Notes: generated from the letters alone by a model not told the origin. Positions 1 to 12,800 are shown, counted from the stretch's first letter. The stretch: DNA of 64,000 bases from Mobula hypostoma (GCF_963921235.1 NC_086106.1:23002001-23066000); one strand, 5' to 3'. A program made the numbers and translations.

Positions 1-434
1 CTATTACGGGACTCTTGCTCTTCCCCATCCTAACGGTGACCGACTTCTCTGCCTCCCGTGCCCCCTGTGTGACCACCTGCCTGTAAATCTTCTCAATCAA
101 CTCCTCCCTCTCCCTGGTCAGACGAAGTTAATCGAGCTGCACCTCGAGTTCTCTAACGCGGTCCCTTAGGAGCTGCCTCTAGGCCCACATGGCGAGATGT
201 GGAGGTCAGGGAGGCTGGGAGACTCCAGGACCTCCCACATCCGGCACTGAGGACAACAAGCTGCCCTCACACTCATACTTACCCCTCTCCTCAAATAATA
301 ACAAACAAATGAATACCAAACTTTCCTCGCCTCTCCTGTTTCTGCCTAAGCCCGTTGAGCCAAAGCCCTTGAGCCTTCACTCTGCTCCCAGCTCACTCCG
401 CTGCCCACTGTATAAGGCTCTGTTCCTTTTAAAT
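1..434 (-). mobile_element. CR1 LINE 5' UTR/ORF1 fragment
   Basis: Similar to the 5' region of the near-full-length CR1 at about 53250-53830 (e.g. GAGCCAAAGCCC...CACTCTGCTCCC). Confidence 0.7.
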
Positions 435-435
435 C

Positions 436-830
436 TTCAGTGTTGGCATGGTGTTACGTAATATTCCGGCAGGTTTGTAATTCAATGTTCAGCATTGTTC
501 AGAGCAGTGCCTTAAACAAACAACAATCTAATATTGAGATTTACTTTGCTTTCCCAGATGATATCCATGGGGATATATCATATAATATACCATTCGGATC
601 AGGCGTCGTTCTACTTCGCCTTATCTCTCACTTGTGCATACCAAAGTTCCCGTTAAATTTTGAATTAGTTTCTTGCACTAGATTGATTTTTTTTCTGACT
701 TTCTCCATTCTTGACACAACATGGTATGAAAGAATAAAAAAGCATTTATTCCTTAACAAAGCGTTTGATCATGGCTAGAATGAAGAACACATAAAACTGC
801 CTCTCGAACTGTGATATTACCGGTCACATC
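436..830 (+). pseudogene. Highly decayed TCR V-like relic; leader 5' end abuts a CR1 fragment
   Basis: Donor G|GTTTGT at 473, an 85-nt intron, then pyrimidine tract TTTCCCAG|AT GAT ATC CAT GGG GAT, with the same phase and spacing as AG|AT ACG AGT CAT GGA AAC in the intact V. Pro7 and Cys22 are at the expected positions. FR3-like AAACTGCCTCTCGAA..GTG.TATTAC at 794-820. WYRQ is not recognisable. Confidence 0.45.
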
Positions 831-2716
831 AGTTTATCACTTTTCAGTAAACCTGCTCATTTCAGACCATGTTTGATGAATATATGTTCATTAACTGTAT
901 TAAAGTTGATTACAATAATTTCTAGCATTACGTTTTGTTGGAATGGTGTAGCTAATACTCAATCGAAAGTTCAGACATCGTACCTACGACAACACAATGA
1001 AAACCGCACTTTAGCAATGGTAAAGCTCAGATAACAAAATGCATATACCATATACCCATGGTTGGATTACAAAGAACGTAAATATAGATTTCATGAAACA
1101 ACCATATGCAAAGTTACAGCCACGATGAACTTAAGAGCAACCAATGCATTATAATTTTGATAATCTGCGGACACTTGTGATCAAATTGTAGCAGGAAAAG
1201 TGTACCGTTGCCAGGATCTAAATTCTCCCTGAACTCATGAAATCACAAGGGTGTTGTCGCGTTTAGAAAATTACGGTGATAGATGACGATTGCGCCTGCT
1301 TGCCTGCAGCGTCTAGAAATGTAGAGTAAACACACGGAACTCTATCAGATAAGGTCGGATAAAACGAAACGTCGTGAAAATGCATTTGCATTACTTGCAC
1401 ATCTTGGATGAAAAGGAAGAAAGTGTACTATTAAGTTGTGAGAAACAAACTTAAAGGAGAACTGCAACACAAATGTGTTTTTTATATATATATATATATC
1501 TGCAAACGGCGTGGTTGATATCCCTAAGTCACAATCAGTGATAGTGATATGAACGGGTGCAATTACCGTAGTTTGGGTGGTAAGTTTGACAACGGACAGA
1601 AGGTGTATATAGAACGTCGGAAGATGGAATTGTAATGGATGACATAAACATGTTTATCCGTTCATGATGGGCTGACGTTGTCCATTTCCTTAAGGTAGTT
1701 TGTTTGAACTCTAAGAATCACGACATGTGCTCAATTCGTTTTTGTACAATGAAATATTGAAACATTCTGAAGCCGACGTAGAATGAAGTAAAAGTATAGA
1801 ACTTGATCTGTGCAATTTATCTATTCAACATAGTCAGCGATGGTTGGTTTTCCTCCTAAAGACAGCAACAAACCACTAGCTTTGGACTTTATATAAAAAA
1901 AAAACAACTCCGTTTTTTTTTCAGTACGAGATCATATGAAGTAATTTCTGATCCCCCCATCTTTGCCTTTCAGTCTTACATGCAGCTGAACTTTTGATCT
2001 GAGGAACTAACTTATGTGCGGTCTCGTCCAATCTGTCAACTTTCAGATGATTGGCTGTGTTGGGGAAAAAAAAAATATGCAGTACAAGATTGCAAAGATT
2101 AAGAAACGGATTTAATGGGGACTTTAAGAAACAAAGAGTTTCGTTACAATCGTTACAAATCCACAGTGAACAGACCACGAACATGCAGGTTCTATATTTG
2201 TTTCTTCTTATTTTTTTGCTCCAGCTGTTCTAATCGCTAAGTTCGTAAACATTTTGACAATCGTCTTCCTCGCCGGGCAGTACAGGATAATTTATCAATG
2301 AATGCTAATAATGGCAATATTGAATTTGCCAGAACAGGATTTAGGATTACGAAAGTAATATGGATCCAAATCTCCGGCAAGTGGTAATAAAATGCTTCAT
2401 GTGTATTGCGAGGCCAACAACAGGCGAATCCACGTCACACCTTGGCGGGGAAGCATTTTCTTTGTTGTCCTGCTGAGATGGAATAAGGACGAGAGCTCGC
2501 TAATGGAGGCTGTTGGAAGTTCTTACAAAAAGATAAATGTGTTTAGCCTTTTCTGCCATCTCTGCTACTTTATACGGGAGTAATACTTCGACGTCACATT
2601 GTAATCCCAATCAATAGTCCCCGGGCAGTACTAAGCACCACGGTGTGCTTCGGATGTACGCGAGCAGAATTTTGATATTCTTTGATTAAATTTTCAGTTA
2701 TTTTTGAAAATAACAG

Positions 2717-3712
2717 ACATTCCCGAGGCGATGCCGTTTATCAGTCAACTGCTGTCACTACTGTTCCGGAAGGGGAAGTTGCAGTGCTAAACTGTAACTA
2801 TAAAACTGCAATCACGGACAGCCCTGTATTAATCTGTTACCGACCGTAACTCGAAGGTTCTCTGGAGTTTCTGCTGTTCCGTACGAAATCTGACGGCCAC
2901 CGAGAGAATATTCTCAGACAACGTTTCACGGCGCAGCTGCATGATTCGAGCGGAACAGTCCCACAGACAGCATCCGAAATATACCTTTGAGACACTGCCA
3001 TGGTGAGGCCGAATCTGGAGTATTGTGTTCAGTTTTGGTCACCAAATTACAGGAAGGATATAAATAAGGTTGAAGGAGTGCAGAGAAGGTTTACAAGGAT
3101 GTTGCCGGGACTTGAGAAATTCAGTTACAGAGAAAGGTTGAATAGGTTTTGACTTTATTCCCTGGAGCGTAGAAGAATCATGGGAGATTTGATAGAGGTA
3201 TATAACATTATAATGGGTATAGATAGAGTGAATGCAAGCAGGCTTGTTCCACTGAGGCAAGCGGAGAAAAAAAAACAGAGGACATGGGTTTGGGGTGGGG
3301 GGGGGGACGTTTAAAGGGAACATTAGAGGGGGCTTCATCACACAGAGAGTGGTGGGAGTATAGAATGAGCTGCCAGAGGAGGTGGCATATGCGTTATTTT
3401 TTTTAACATTTAAGAATAAATTGGACAGATACATGGATGGGAGGTGTATGGAGGGATATGGTCCATGTGCAGGTCAGTGGGACTAGGCAGCAAATGGTTC
3501 GGCACAGCCATGAAGGTCCAAAAGGCCTGTTTCGGTGCTGTATTTTCTATGGTTTCTATGGTTTCTATGGAGGGTTATGGGCTGAGTACAGGTCAGTGGG
3601 ACTAGGTGAGACTTAGAGTTCGGCACGGACTAGAAGGGCCGAGATGGCCTGTTACCATGCTGTAATAGTTGTATGGTTATATGGTTTATATGTATTACGG
3701 TGCTCTGAGGCT
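2717..3712 (+). pseudogene. TCR V alpha/delta pseudogene interrupted by a CR1 LINE
   Basis: After acceptor AACAG (AG 2715-2716) the frame from 2721 reads SRGDAVYQSTAVTTVPEGEVAVLNCNYKT...LICYRP*LEGSLEFLLF...RFTAQLH...IYL*DTAM. Stops at 2847 and 2988, W to C in WYRQ, 1-nt frameshift at the exon start. CR1 occupies 3003-3689, then MYYGALR resumes at 3690 (second Cys to Gly). Confidence 0.9.
3003..3689 (+). mobile_element. 5'-truncated CR1 LINE plus a second CR1-type 3' tail
   Basis: 3003-3569 closely matches the 3' part of the CR1 at about 48680-49232 and ends in (TTCTATGG)n. 3570-3689 is a different CR1-type 3' UTR ending in TATGGTT repeats. Confidence 0.9.
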
Positions 3713-3751
3713 CACAGGGGTATAGAACTAGTCTGAATCTGGACAATAACT
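3713..3751 (+). promoter_or_regulatory. 23-RSS of the interrupted V pseudogene
   Basis: Heptamer CACAGGG (3713-3719), exact 23-nt spacer, nonamer ACAATAACT (3743-3751), immediately after YYGALR. Confidence 0.85.
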
Positions 3752-4721
3752 ACTTGAATTCTCTAGCGGCAGATGAATGCAACTGCGGTTTCTCAGCGTC
3801 TGTATATCCTTGGACGTCCCGACATACACACATATAACAATAAATTGCTGAGATTATTATCCAATAGATTGTGTCACCTTAATCATATTACTGCCCAATC
3901 CGTTCCAATGCGCATACGGCTACCAAAAATTCGTCTAAAATTTGTGTAAAAATACGACAAAAGAAACAACAAAACCTTCGTCTTTTTTCGTCTTTTACAG
4001 AAACACCGTCAAGTACAGGTATCGTGTTTAGTAAAGGATTCGAGGTGCTTGGGAACGAGAATGTGGACGGATTTTTTTTTTCCGTGATGGTCTGTGCTTA
4101 CGCGTTTATGCCTCAATACGTACATCTCCCTCTCTCTCTCCCCCTCTCTCTCTCTCTCTGGCACGTACCGCACAGTCGCCCTAAATGACTATCAGAAGGT
4201 CGTCCCTGCTCTGTTTCATTAAAGCTGCGCCAATCTGCTTGCTATAGTTGAAAGCTATCATCATTGTCATCATTGATTCTCCTACACCGCTTTGCCGCCT
4301 CCTGTCATGCTAAAGTGTTGGGTGTTCGATGATATTCTCCCTCTATACTGCGCCAAACGTTCTTTCTCTTGGAAGTTCTGTTTACGCCATATGTTCAAAT
4401 AAATTGAGAATATCTGTGTTCCGAAAATAGAACAGTATCATTCGAGACTAACAACTGTAATATTTTTATTCCATTATAACGGAGTTTATTTTGTTAAAAA
4501 TATGCATAATGCCTGTTTAAGTTAACTTATGTTTTGTTAATGATGCTTACATGATTCTATGTGACTGTGATGCTGCGGCAAGGTTTTAAGTCGACTGCTT
4601 TTAACTTTTTTTTATGTGAACAAACTTGGCTTTGATTTTGCTCTGGTTTTGCTGCATGTGTCCTGGAAGATGGCATGATAGGTTGGTTGAAACAAAATTA
4701 GATGAAATTTTACCCAGCTCA

Positions 4722-5100
4722 TTGGTAGTGCAGTAATATTCCAAAAGGAAGTTACATTACCATAGGTAGCGGTGCAAGTTTTGTTTAAATTTGCGATTTG
4801 ATCTATTCAACCCTGAGATGAAGATTTTCGTGCGTATCGGGTCGTCCACGGAGACTCCAATGGGGAAGCATTATAAAGATGTAAAGAGGGACAATTCAGA
4901 TTCTCAGTGCTCACATCAGCTTTATAAACTCAGTTTTTCTTTAAATTTCGAAACACTGTGAATACCGGAAAGAAAGAGCACATGATTGATAGGAAATCGA
5001 GAAACTAACAGATTCAGCAAGATATGTGAGGAAACACAGTTGAAATTTGGATCACCTGTTGCAATAAGAGAACGTTCCCAGAAAAACGATATTTACTGTT
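4722..5100 (+). pseudogene. Highly decayed TCR V-like relic
   Basis: VHGDS at 4844-4858, VKEGQ-like 4881-4894, LSC-like CTCAGTGCTC 4903-4912, GKKEHMI FR2-like stretch, YYC-like TATTTACTGT 5090-5099. The upstream GTAATATTCC..AGG (4733-) matches the leader end of the relic at 458-473. Frameshifts and stops; no RSS found. Confidence 0.45.
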
Positions 5101-5369
5101 TCAGCATTTGATGACATTTTTTTTATCAAATGATTCTCATTTCACGAACATAATTCAGAAATAATTTTGAATGTGTAATGCAGCATAAAAGATAACAGCA
5201 TATTGGGGAATCATGACGTTTCAGTCTTACTGCTTGTCGTTCCTCAACCAGAAACGTAGGCGGAACCCGCGTGAGGCATTCACTCCTGCACTGATACGTC
5301 AGAATCAGGAATAATATAGGAGTTCCTTGTCAATTAGATTGCCGTGGCTAATCGGAGATCAGACTGACT

Positions 5370-6520
5370 GGTGGGTCGTCCCAAGGCCAGGGCTGCTACT
5401 GAGTGCGATTCCTTCACTGGAGAGGTGACTGCTTTTTTTTTTTCTCTTCTTGTTTCAACGGGTGGAGAATGTAGATATGTGGAGCGGAAGTGTGACCATG
5501 CAGGAAAATCTTCGGAAAATAAACCAGAGATTAATCAAACAGAGAAGAAAAGAGGTGAAACTACAGAGCGACTCAATAGGTGGACAGTCTGACGTTTCGG
5601 AGAGTTTACGTTCCTGTCTGTATATCAGCGGGCATGCTGAAGTACCAAAAACGATTCCACAACGTTTCGTAGGACCAAGCTATACTAAATCCATACGGAT
5701 TGAAGGTATTTATGTTACAGCCATATTTGACACAGGGTGGCAAGTTGTTTGCTTGCCAGATCCTTCTACAACCGATATTGCACGCATACATGTATATAAT
5801 TGAAGCCAGTTCACTTGGAATTCTCGGGGTTCCTGCTGATGAGTATCTGTACGATGGTTACTTATTGTTGAAGATGGAGTATTCGCAAGCAGATGTTGGG
5901 GTAACTGAGATTATTGACAGTCCGAAACCTATGATATTCCGCCCTGGATGGAGCACAGAGTGACAGGAACCCCAGACCTTATCGGAATGTCCGAGGAATA
6001 GAAACTAAGTTCAGCCGAGAAGATGCGTTTGCAACCGAGGAGTTTGATGTTAGTTAATGCATGCGTACTTGCCACATGACTGCAGCCACCGACAAATGTC
6101 TAGTAGGGTACCATCAATGTTGATGAGGATGCTTGGCAAAGTCGGTTTAAACTGACCGAAGATAAATTCGGTCGTAGGACAAAGGGAACTCAGCCACCGG
6201 AAACCATGAATGATCATCAGGGAAAGACAACCTCTTGTAGACGTGGACGGAAAGGGTGTCTGAATCTGTAGGACCAGAGAATGAGATAGTGAGGTCTCAA
6301 CGACTCCAGAGGCCCCGGATAGTTTGGCGTATTAACGCAACGCGGGGATAGAGTGTTGCATCCATCCTAATGAGGTATGCCAGTACTATTCACAAATTCA
6401 TTGGTGTCCTGATATCACAAATTCATTTGAAGATGTATTATGAATCGCTTAATATCTTTCAAGGTCATAAGGATATGACTATTTTTTGAGGAAGAGTGTA
6501 ACACACTGGTTAAGATTTTT
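5370..6520 (+). mobile_element. Degenerate Gypsy LTR-retrotransposon gag/protease remnant
   Basis: Aspartic-protease-like FVGPSYTKSIRIEGIYVTAIFDTGWQV (ORF 5450-5803), followed by YLYDGYLLLKMEYS in another frame. Boundaries approximate. Confidence 0.6.
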
Positions 6521-7129
6521 ACTTCTGTGTCGTAGGTATTTCATTGTAGTAGTTCTGTACAAACAGTCCTGTTCTATTTTCAGCTTATTTTGGATTTCAA
6601 ATAAAGATTAGGAGCTTTCTTATTCAATTTAGGAGCATGGTGTCACTTAACTACGATGGTGTAATTGGGATAAGGTTCTACAGAACACGAGGCGGAGATG
6701 TTTTGTGTGGGACTCCAGTCGGAGTGATGTCCTATTTGGCAGAAGCTGGGAGAAGACAGGACGAAGGATGGCTGAAGATGCCGTCCCTGCTGCACAAAGT
6801 GCTTTGTTCAGACAAAAACTTCTTGGAAAACTCCCTTGGGAGACTCGTTTCTACGAGATAGATTACAAGCGAGAATCTCCGCATTGGCTTGCCTTCATAT
6901 TTCTATCTCGCTCACTGATCTTTATCCAACAGGAGTCGCAGAAATAGTATATATTGAAATCCGCAGCTGAGTATTCAGCAAATGCACAGACCAATGTGTG
7001 TGGGATCTGCAGGTGACGAATCGTAATTAACTTGGTATTCCAATCTTAGGGATCTTTCTATGCTAGGAAGACCGGTAGCATCAAGGGAAACCAGTTATAG
7101 TGCCTCTGACGTCAATTTCCGTGATATTT

Positions 7130-7625
7130 CTGAACCGCAGGTTTCGCTGCAGTTGTTACTGCGCGATCGTGATGTCTTCCAGGGTAAGGCCTCAAAATCC
7201 CCGGCTTTGCCTGCCTGCTCTTGGCGTCCGAGACTGAGGTCAATCGTTCGGATAGAGATGGTGCTCGATACTCGGTGTTGGAGGCTGATCGTAGGCTCGA
7301 AGTTTTCCGGACGACTCAGATTCGGACTGTGTTCGGGCATGGCAGTGAGAGTTTTTCTTCCTTCTCCGGTCTGCATGATATGCTGGACATTTGAGAGACT
7401 TTGAACTTTTTATTGTGCTCATGGACTGTTCTTCATCAAGCTATGGTATTGTTGCACTGTTGTAACTATATGTTATAATTATGTGATTGTGTTAGTTTTT
7501 TCAGTCTTGGTCTGTCCTGTGATTTTTTGTGAAATGTCACCGGAGGAAATATTGCATCATTTCTAACGCATGCATTACAAAATGACAATAAACGAGGACT
7601 GCGTGTCCTCATAATCTGATCTAAT
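7130..7625 (+). mobile_element. LINE 3' UTR fragment (family unassigned)
   Basis: AATAAA followed by an AATCTGATCTAAT simple-repeat tail at about 7612-7625, typical of a non-LTR retrotransposon 3' end. Confidence 0.55.
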
Positions 7626-7639
7626 AGGTAACGTGGTAA

Positions 7640-8090
7640 ATTCGGTACAGCCACGCGCCAGCGCAGTGCTCTACAGCTGAAACTGAACTACGGCATAAGG
7701 CGTCACAGTTGCCATAAACTCATCCCAAGAATATGTGGATATCAAAGCCTCAGACATGGGGTTGCTGACGAAAGCGAATTCATAAATCTGAACAGAATAG
7801 TCGATCAGCTACTAGAATTAAACTTCAATGACGGGCAGCTTCCCTCCGAGCATCTGAATTGAAAAGCAAAATAAGAAAGTAATAGATTGGAACGGCTAAG
7901 CCTAATCCACACCATCGATTTCCCACAGTACTGCGTTCTCGGACCTTTTCTCTTTTCCTGGAGCTCGTTGTCAATTTATGTTTTAAATCTGTTTTCAGGT
8001 TTCCCGTTAGCACTAGCAGTGGTCCGAAACTCACCGAATGGAAATAACGACCAAGTAACAATCAAGATAATAACTGGAAGGTAGATAAAT
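7640..8090 (-). pseudogene. Possible inverted, internally deleted V relic
   Basis: Minus-strand hydrophobic leader-like exon (I)YLPVIILIVTWSLFPFG with donor G|GTGAGT (intron 8034-7854) and acceptor TTTTCAATTCAG|AT. In frame it continues DARREA...LFCS...RFRQQP...VSAVEHCA with three stops. About 35 codons shorter than a full V; no ATG or RSS. Confidence 0.35.
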
Positions 8091-8510
8091 AAGAAACTGA
8101 TCAGCTGCGATATGCCTATATTTATTTAATTCTTGCTCCCGAACACATCCATCCTTCGCTTTGTTGTTTGTAAGTCCAGTTCACAGTGTCATTCAACGTC
8201 TACCGATGTTGAAGTCCTTGTGGTCCCACAATCTGGACGGTTACACACAATTTTGGAATTGTTGGGGAAGTTCAGAGCCACAGTTTTCCAGGATGAGCAT
8301 GAGATGAGGCATTCTTTTCTTGGCAGTCCATGGAAGTAGAAAATAAAGACTTAATTGTAGAAAGAAACAGACTTGCTAAATCGACGAAAACGAGAAAGAA
8401 CGAAAAAAACAAGAGAAAGAAGCAGAAAACTAGATAGATTGATACATAGATGGGCTGATTAACATATAAAAAAAAAGAGAAAGTGGAGAAAGTGTGGGAA
8501 GAAACGGGGG

Positions 8511-8528
8511 GAGAGAGAGAGTGAGAGT

Positions 8529-8574
<46 letters not shown>
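8511..8574. repeat. (GA)n microsatellite
   Basis: Directly visible dinucleotide run. Confidence 0.97.
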
Positions 8575-8579
<5 letters not shown>

Positions 8580-9879
8580 AGCGCAGTACAATGCAAAGAT
8601 ACACACATGAACATGCTGTTGGCGAGAGAGAGTGCGGATGTCTCAATTTCATTTTCATGTTGTTTGCCTAATTTTACAATGCCACGTGGTCGCCTTTGCA
8701 CTTACCATGAGATTTTATTATCCGACTCATTTGCACCATAATCGTTTTTACCGGGAAGTTAACGGGTTTTGCATGTTAGACAGACTACACTGACTACGAA
8801 TAAGCCCATTAACCTCTGACTTGCAGAAAGCTAGGGGGGGGGGGGTGGCGGAATTGCTTAATACCAACAAATGAGAATTTTCAAAGCCACCTTGTATAAC
8901 AAACATATGCCTGTAAACGTTGACCAACAATTCATTGAGCTGTTACTTCATTAAGTCTCGGCATTTTACTCAAATGCAATAGTAAGCACTCACCAGAAAC
9001 TGATCCAAGCGTGATCTGAGGTCGTCATTCTTTCTCCCCATACATCCCCAACGGTTCTTCAGCTCAGATCCCGACCGTAGCCCGAATTGTCAGAAATCTA
9101 GTCGCAGCATCCTTGACAAATCACAGCAAAAGTGCCACTTTCCTTCCGAGCAGCTGAGCTAGCGCAATAACTTAGTACCTTCTGCCCATACAAAGCTGTG
9201 ATTTATGCAAAACCATTTTTGCTCTGGTGATAGATTTCTTCCTTCAAAGGACAACAAAGTAATCTCGCTCAGGAGTCTGGTTCACCAGCACCAATACTTG
9301 ACCACACGTCTGTCATCCTACATGATAGTGTGCAAAGGCCTCCTCCCCATCCTCTGTTATTCAGTCGCAGTGCGAAGTGAATTCATTTTCCGTGTGTAGC
9401 TAGAAAGGAGTCACTTCTTGAGGCTTGCTGTTGGAGAGGCTATATACTGCCAAGGAGAGACTGACAGATTCAACTAATATTTTCAATATTGGTGAATGCT
9501 GAAAGTGAGAAATATGAGCACTACTCAGCCACGGTGAAGCCCAGAAGCTGCATATCCAGTAAGAACAATTGAATATTGTAGTGCCAAGCTTCTTAGGACA
9601 TTCGGCCCAAGTACATGTTGCTGCTCGCCCTCATGGTTTCGCCGATATTCATATGGTTTATTTTCGGAGTAAATTATTATATCAAAGAGTTTCGTAATTC
9701 ATATCGTAATATTGATCAAGAATATAGATCAAGTACCTGCAGCACATTTACGTGTCAACCATGCACCTCACACAATCCATCTAACTAAATTTTGCATACA
9801 ATACATGAACAATGATTTGTTTTATTTTCTACTTAACAATCCGTATCCTCCATTCAGGATCATTTTATTCGACTGTTTG

Positions 9880-12800
9880 TGTGAGCAGTGACAATATTCT
9901 CAGGGTGTTAAAACCTTCCCTCCCCTCCATCAAATTTAGTCAAATCCTCATAACTTTGTGATTATTTGCCAACCCTACATTCAAAGCATAAAATCGAAAA
10001 CTGGTGTATAAGGTAGTGATATAGCTCCCCACTGCAGTTAGAGGACAAACTCTGTTCCCCCGGTGCTACGTAGGGTAGCCTATCCGTTTGTCTCAATCTT
10101 TTAAAACTCTGAATCGGCTCATCTGCTCCTTTAGGTTCCGACACCTCTTGGGATATTTCTGGTCTCCCTGGCGAGGCCTTCCCCGGTTTATGAGTCGTGT
10201 CCACCTGAAACTTTGAAACCTTGGCTCAACCTCGCTTTATTCCGTGCAGGGTCGTGCTGTACTCTGCTGTCCACAAATAGCATCTCCCACATCTTCCCCC
10301 GCCACGGTTCCCGAATTTCTCCTGACACCGTGGGAAGGATTGGGAATATCTTCCACAATCATTGGGGAGTTAGCAAAAGGCAACATATAAAACACCCCCA
10401 TTTACTCATCCACCCAGTCAGTATCACTTACAGGGCCGGTGGCCGGTCTAATCTCTCATGCTGTTGGTAGTACACACACCGTGCGTCTCCACAGAGTCCA
10501 CTTACGAATTTTAAGCTCCAGTTCAGGCTGTGGGTCAATCCACTCCAATTGTCTCAGAAGCAGAAGTTGGTTCCTATCGAGAATCGTCACAGACTCATTC
10601 CAATCCTGGTCTTACTCGAAAATTGGTATCTCTGGCATCTGAATCTTCACTTCATATGGCAGAGCCGCCCACCGGAGAGCCAGCGTATGCTTCCCAAGTA
10701 GCCCCGAATTTCCTCGGAGGACCTGGTCTCCCGGCATGACTTGACAGGAACAAACCTTTCAATCATACCTTCTCTTATTTACTTTACTCTGCTTGGCATT
10801 CGCGACCTCAGCTATTCATGACCCTTTTTAAGCTCCTTTCACATATTACACACATACTTAAAATAAATTTCAGTAGAACGTCTTCTTAGCTCGTCCCAAA
10901 GCGAAAGTCAATGGGCAACCTCGCCTCGAGCCCGAACACCAGATAATATGGCGAGTACCTGGTATAATTATTTCGTTTGCAGTTGTAGCTGTGGACCAGA
11001 AGTTTAATACGTTGACACAGCTAGGTCAAAAGCACCCGCATTCTATAAGTTGGACAACGTTGAGGCCCTCGCTGGCAGGGTTTTCCTCAGTCCAGCGCCC
11101 TCATTACAGCGTCGAATGCAAGGTTTATAATATTCCTCGACCGTCGGCTAATTCGTGGCAGGTAAAACCGTTCTCTGTGCAATCCATAGGTCTTTTCGAC
11201 TCCAGAATGTCCAGGATCATCAAGAAGTTACTTGAACACAATTTTCCGATACTTCTCAGGCAGAACCAGTTGGGAACGCCAAGGCAGATTCAAGAGGCTA
11301 CGTGACGTTGTAAAGGTTCTGGTTCACCAACTCAAGGCCGGGCCATTCTCGCAGTAATCGAGACACCGCAGCGTGTTTCGTCGTATCCGCTTGGGCCATG
11401 TCTCCCTTCTCGACCGTTGACAAAATGGTACCGATGCTTCAGCCATCATGCTGAGCAGCGGCCACATCCCCAGGACTTAATTACGGTAACTGGTTTGGCT
11501 TCGGAGCAATAACATTACAACAAACTTACTCAATAGCGTCATCAGATGCTCCGACTTGATCTACCATTCGATCCGTTCCTTGAATTCTGTCTGCCTTCAC
11601 CACGATGGCAAACTGACATATGGCTATCGCGACTGGGGCAGCAACGTTCTCCCACTCTTCGTCCCTATCCAGCCCTTCATGAGCACATTGTGCCAAAGTT
11701 TCGGGATCAATGTTCCTCCTTCCCGACCAGTACTTCAGGCTGACATCACAGGCAAGCACTTCCACCAACCACCGATGGACATGTCAGCAGCAGCCAATTT
11801 CAAACGATATCTCGATATGTTAGGGGTTTGTTTTCCGTCCTCAACTCAAACCTGGCATAATAGTGGTAGTCATCAAATTTATTCACCACAGCCTATTTGA
11901 ACGCCAGAAACTCTAAACTGTGCATCGATAGATTGTCTTAGATTTCGGCCTTTTGCAGTTAACAAAGGCAACAGGTTTCAACATTTAGAAACATAGAAAA
12001 ACTACAGCACAATACAGGCCTTTTGGCCCACGACATCGTGCAGAAGAAGTCACTGCTTCAGAAATTACTGAGGTTACCCATAGCCCTCTATTCATTCTAA
12101 GCTCTATGAGCTCTCATAAAGTATCTCAAAAGACCCTATCGTATCTGCCTCCACAATCGTTGCCGACAGCCCCCTCCACGTCTCATCACAAGTCACTGAC
12201 TATCAACACGATCAATGTCTCTCATCATCTTATACACCTCTGTCAGGTCACCTCCCATCCTCCGTCGCGCCAAGGAGAAAAGGCCGAGTTCAAACAACCT
12301 GTTCTCGTAAGGCATGGTCCTCAATCCAGGCAACATCCCTAGAAATCTCTCCTGCACCTTTTCAACGGTTTCCACATGCTTCCTGTATTGAGGGGACCAG
12401 ATGTGAGTACAGTACTCGAAGTGGGGTCAGACCTGTGTCCTATATAGCTGCAAGATTACCTCTCGGCTCGTAAATTCAATTCGACGATTGATGAATGTCA
12501 ATACACAGTATTCCTTCTTAACCACAGAGCCAATCTGAACAGCTGCTTTGAGCGTCCTATGCACTCGGGCCCTATGATCCCTCTGATCCTCCTTACTGTC
12601 AAGAGTCTTCACATTAATACTATATTCTGCCATCATGATTGACTTACGAAAATGAAGCACTTCCCACTTATCTCGATTGAACTCCATCTGCCAGATCACA
12701 GCCCAGTTTTGCATTTTATCAATGCCCCCCTGTTAATTCTGACAGGCCTGCAGACTATCCACTCAACCCTCAACATTTGTGTCATCAGCAAACGTACCAA

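Noticed and set aside
4932-4960. J-type RSS-like AGTTTTTCT-13nt-CACTGTG
   Set aside because: The spacer is 13 nt, no FGxG motif or splice donor follows, and it lies inside the V-like relic.
8700-9050. Minus-strand donor plus CWY*AIP, a possible V relic
   Set aside because: No FR1 or Cys, frame broken at the poly-G run, and the leader is not hydrophobic.
9165-9200. Minus-strand WAEGTKLL, J-like
   Set aside because: No upstream RSS at 12 or 23 spacing and no downstream splice donor.
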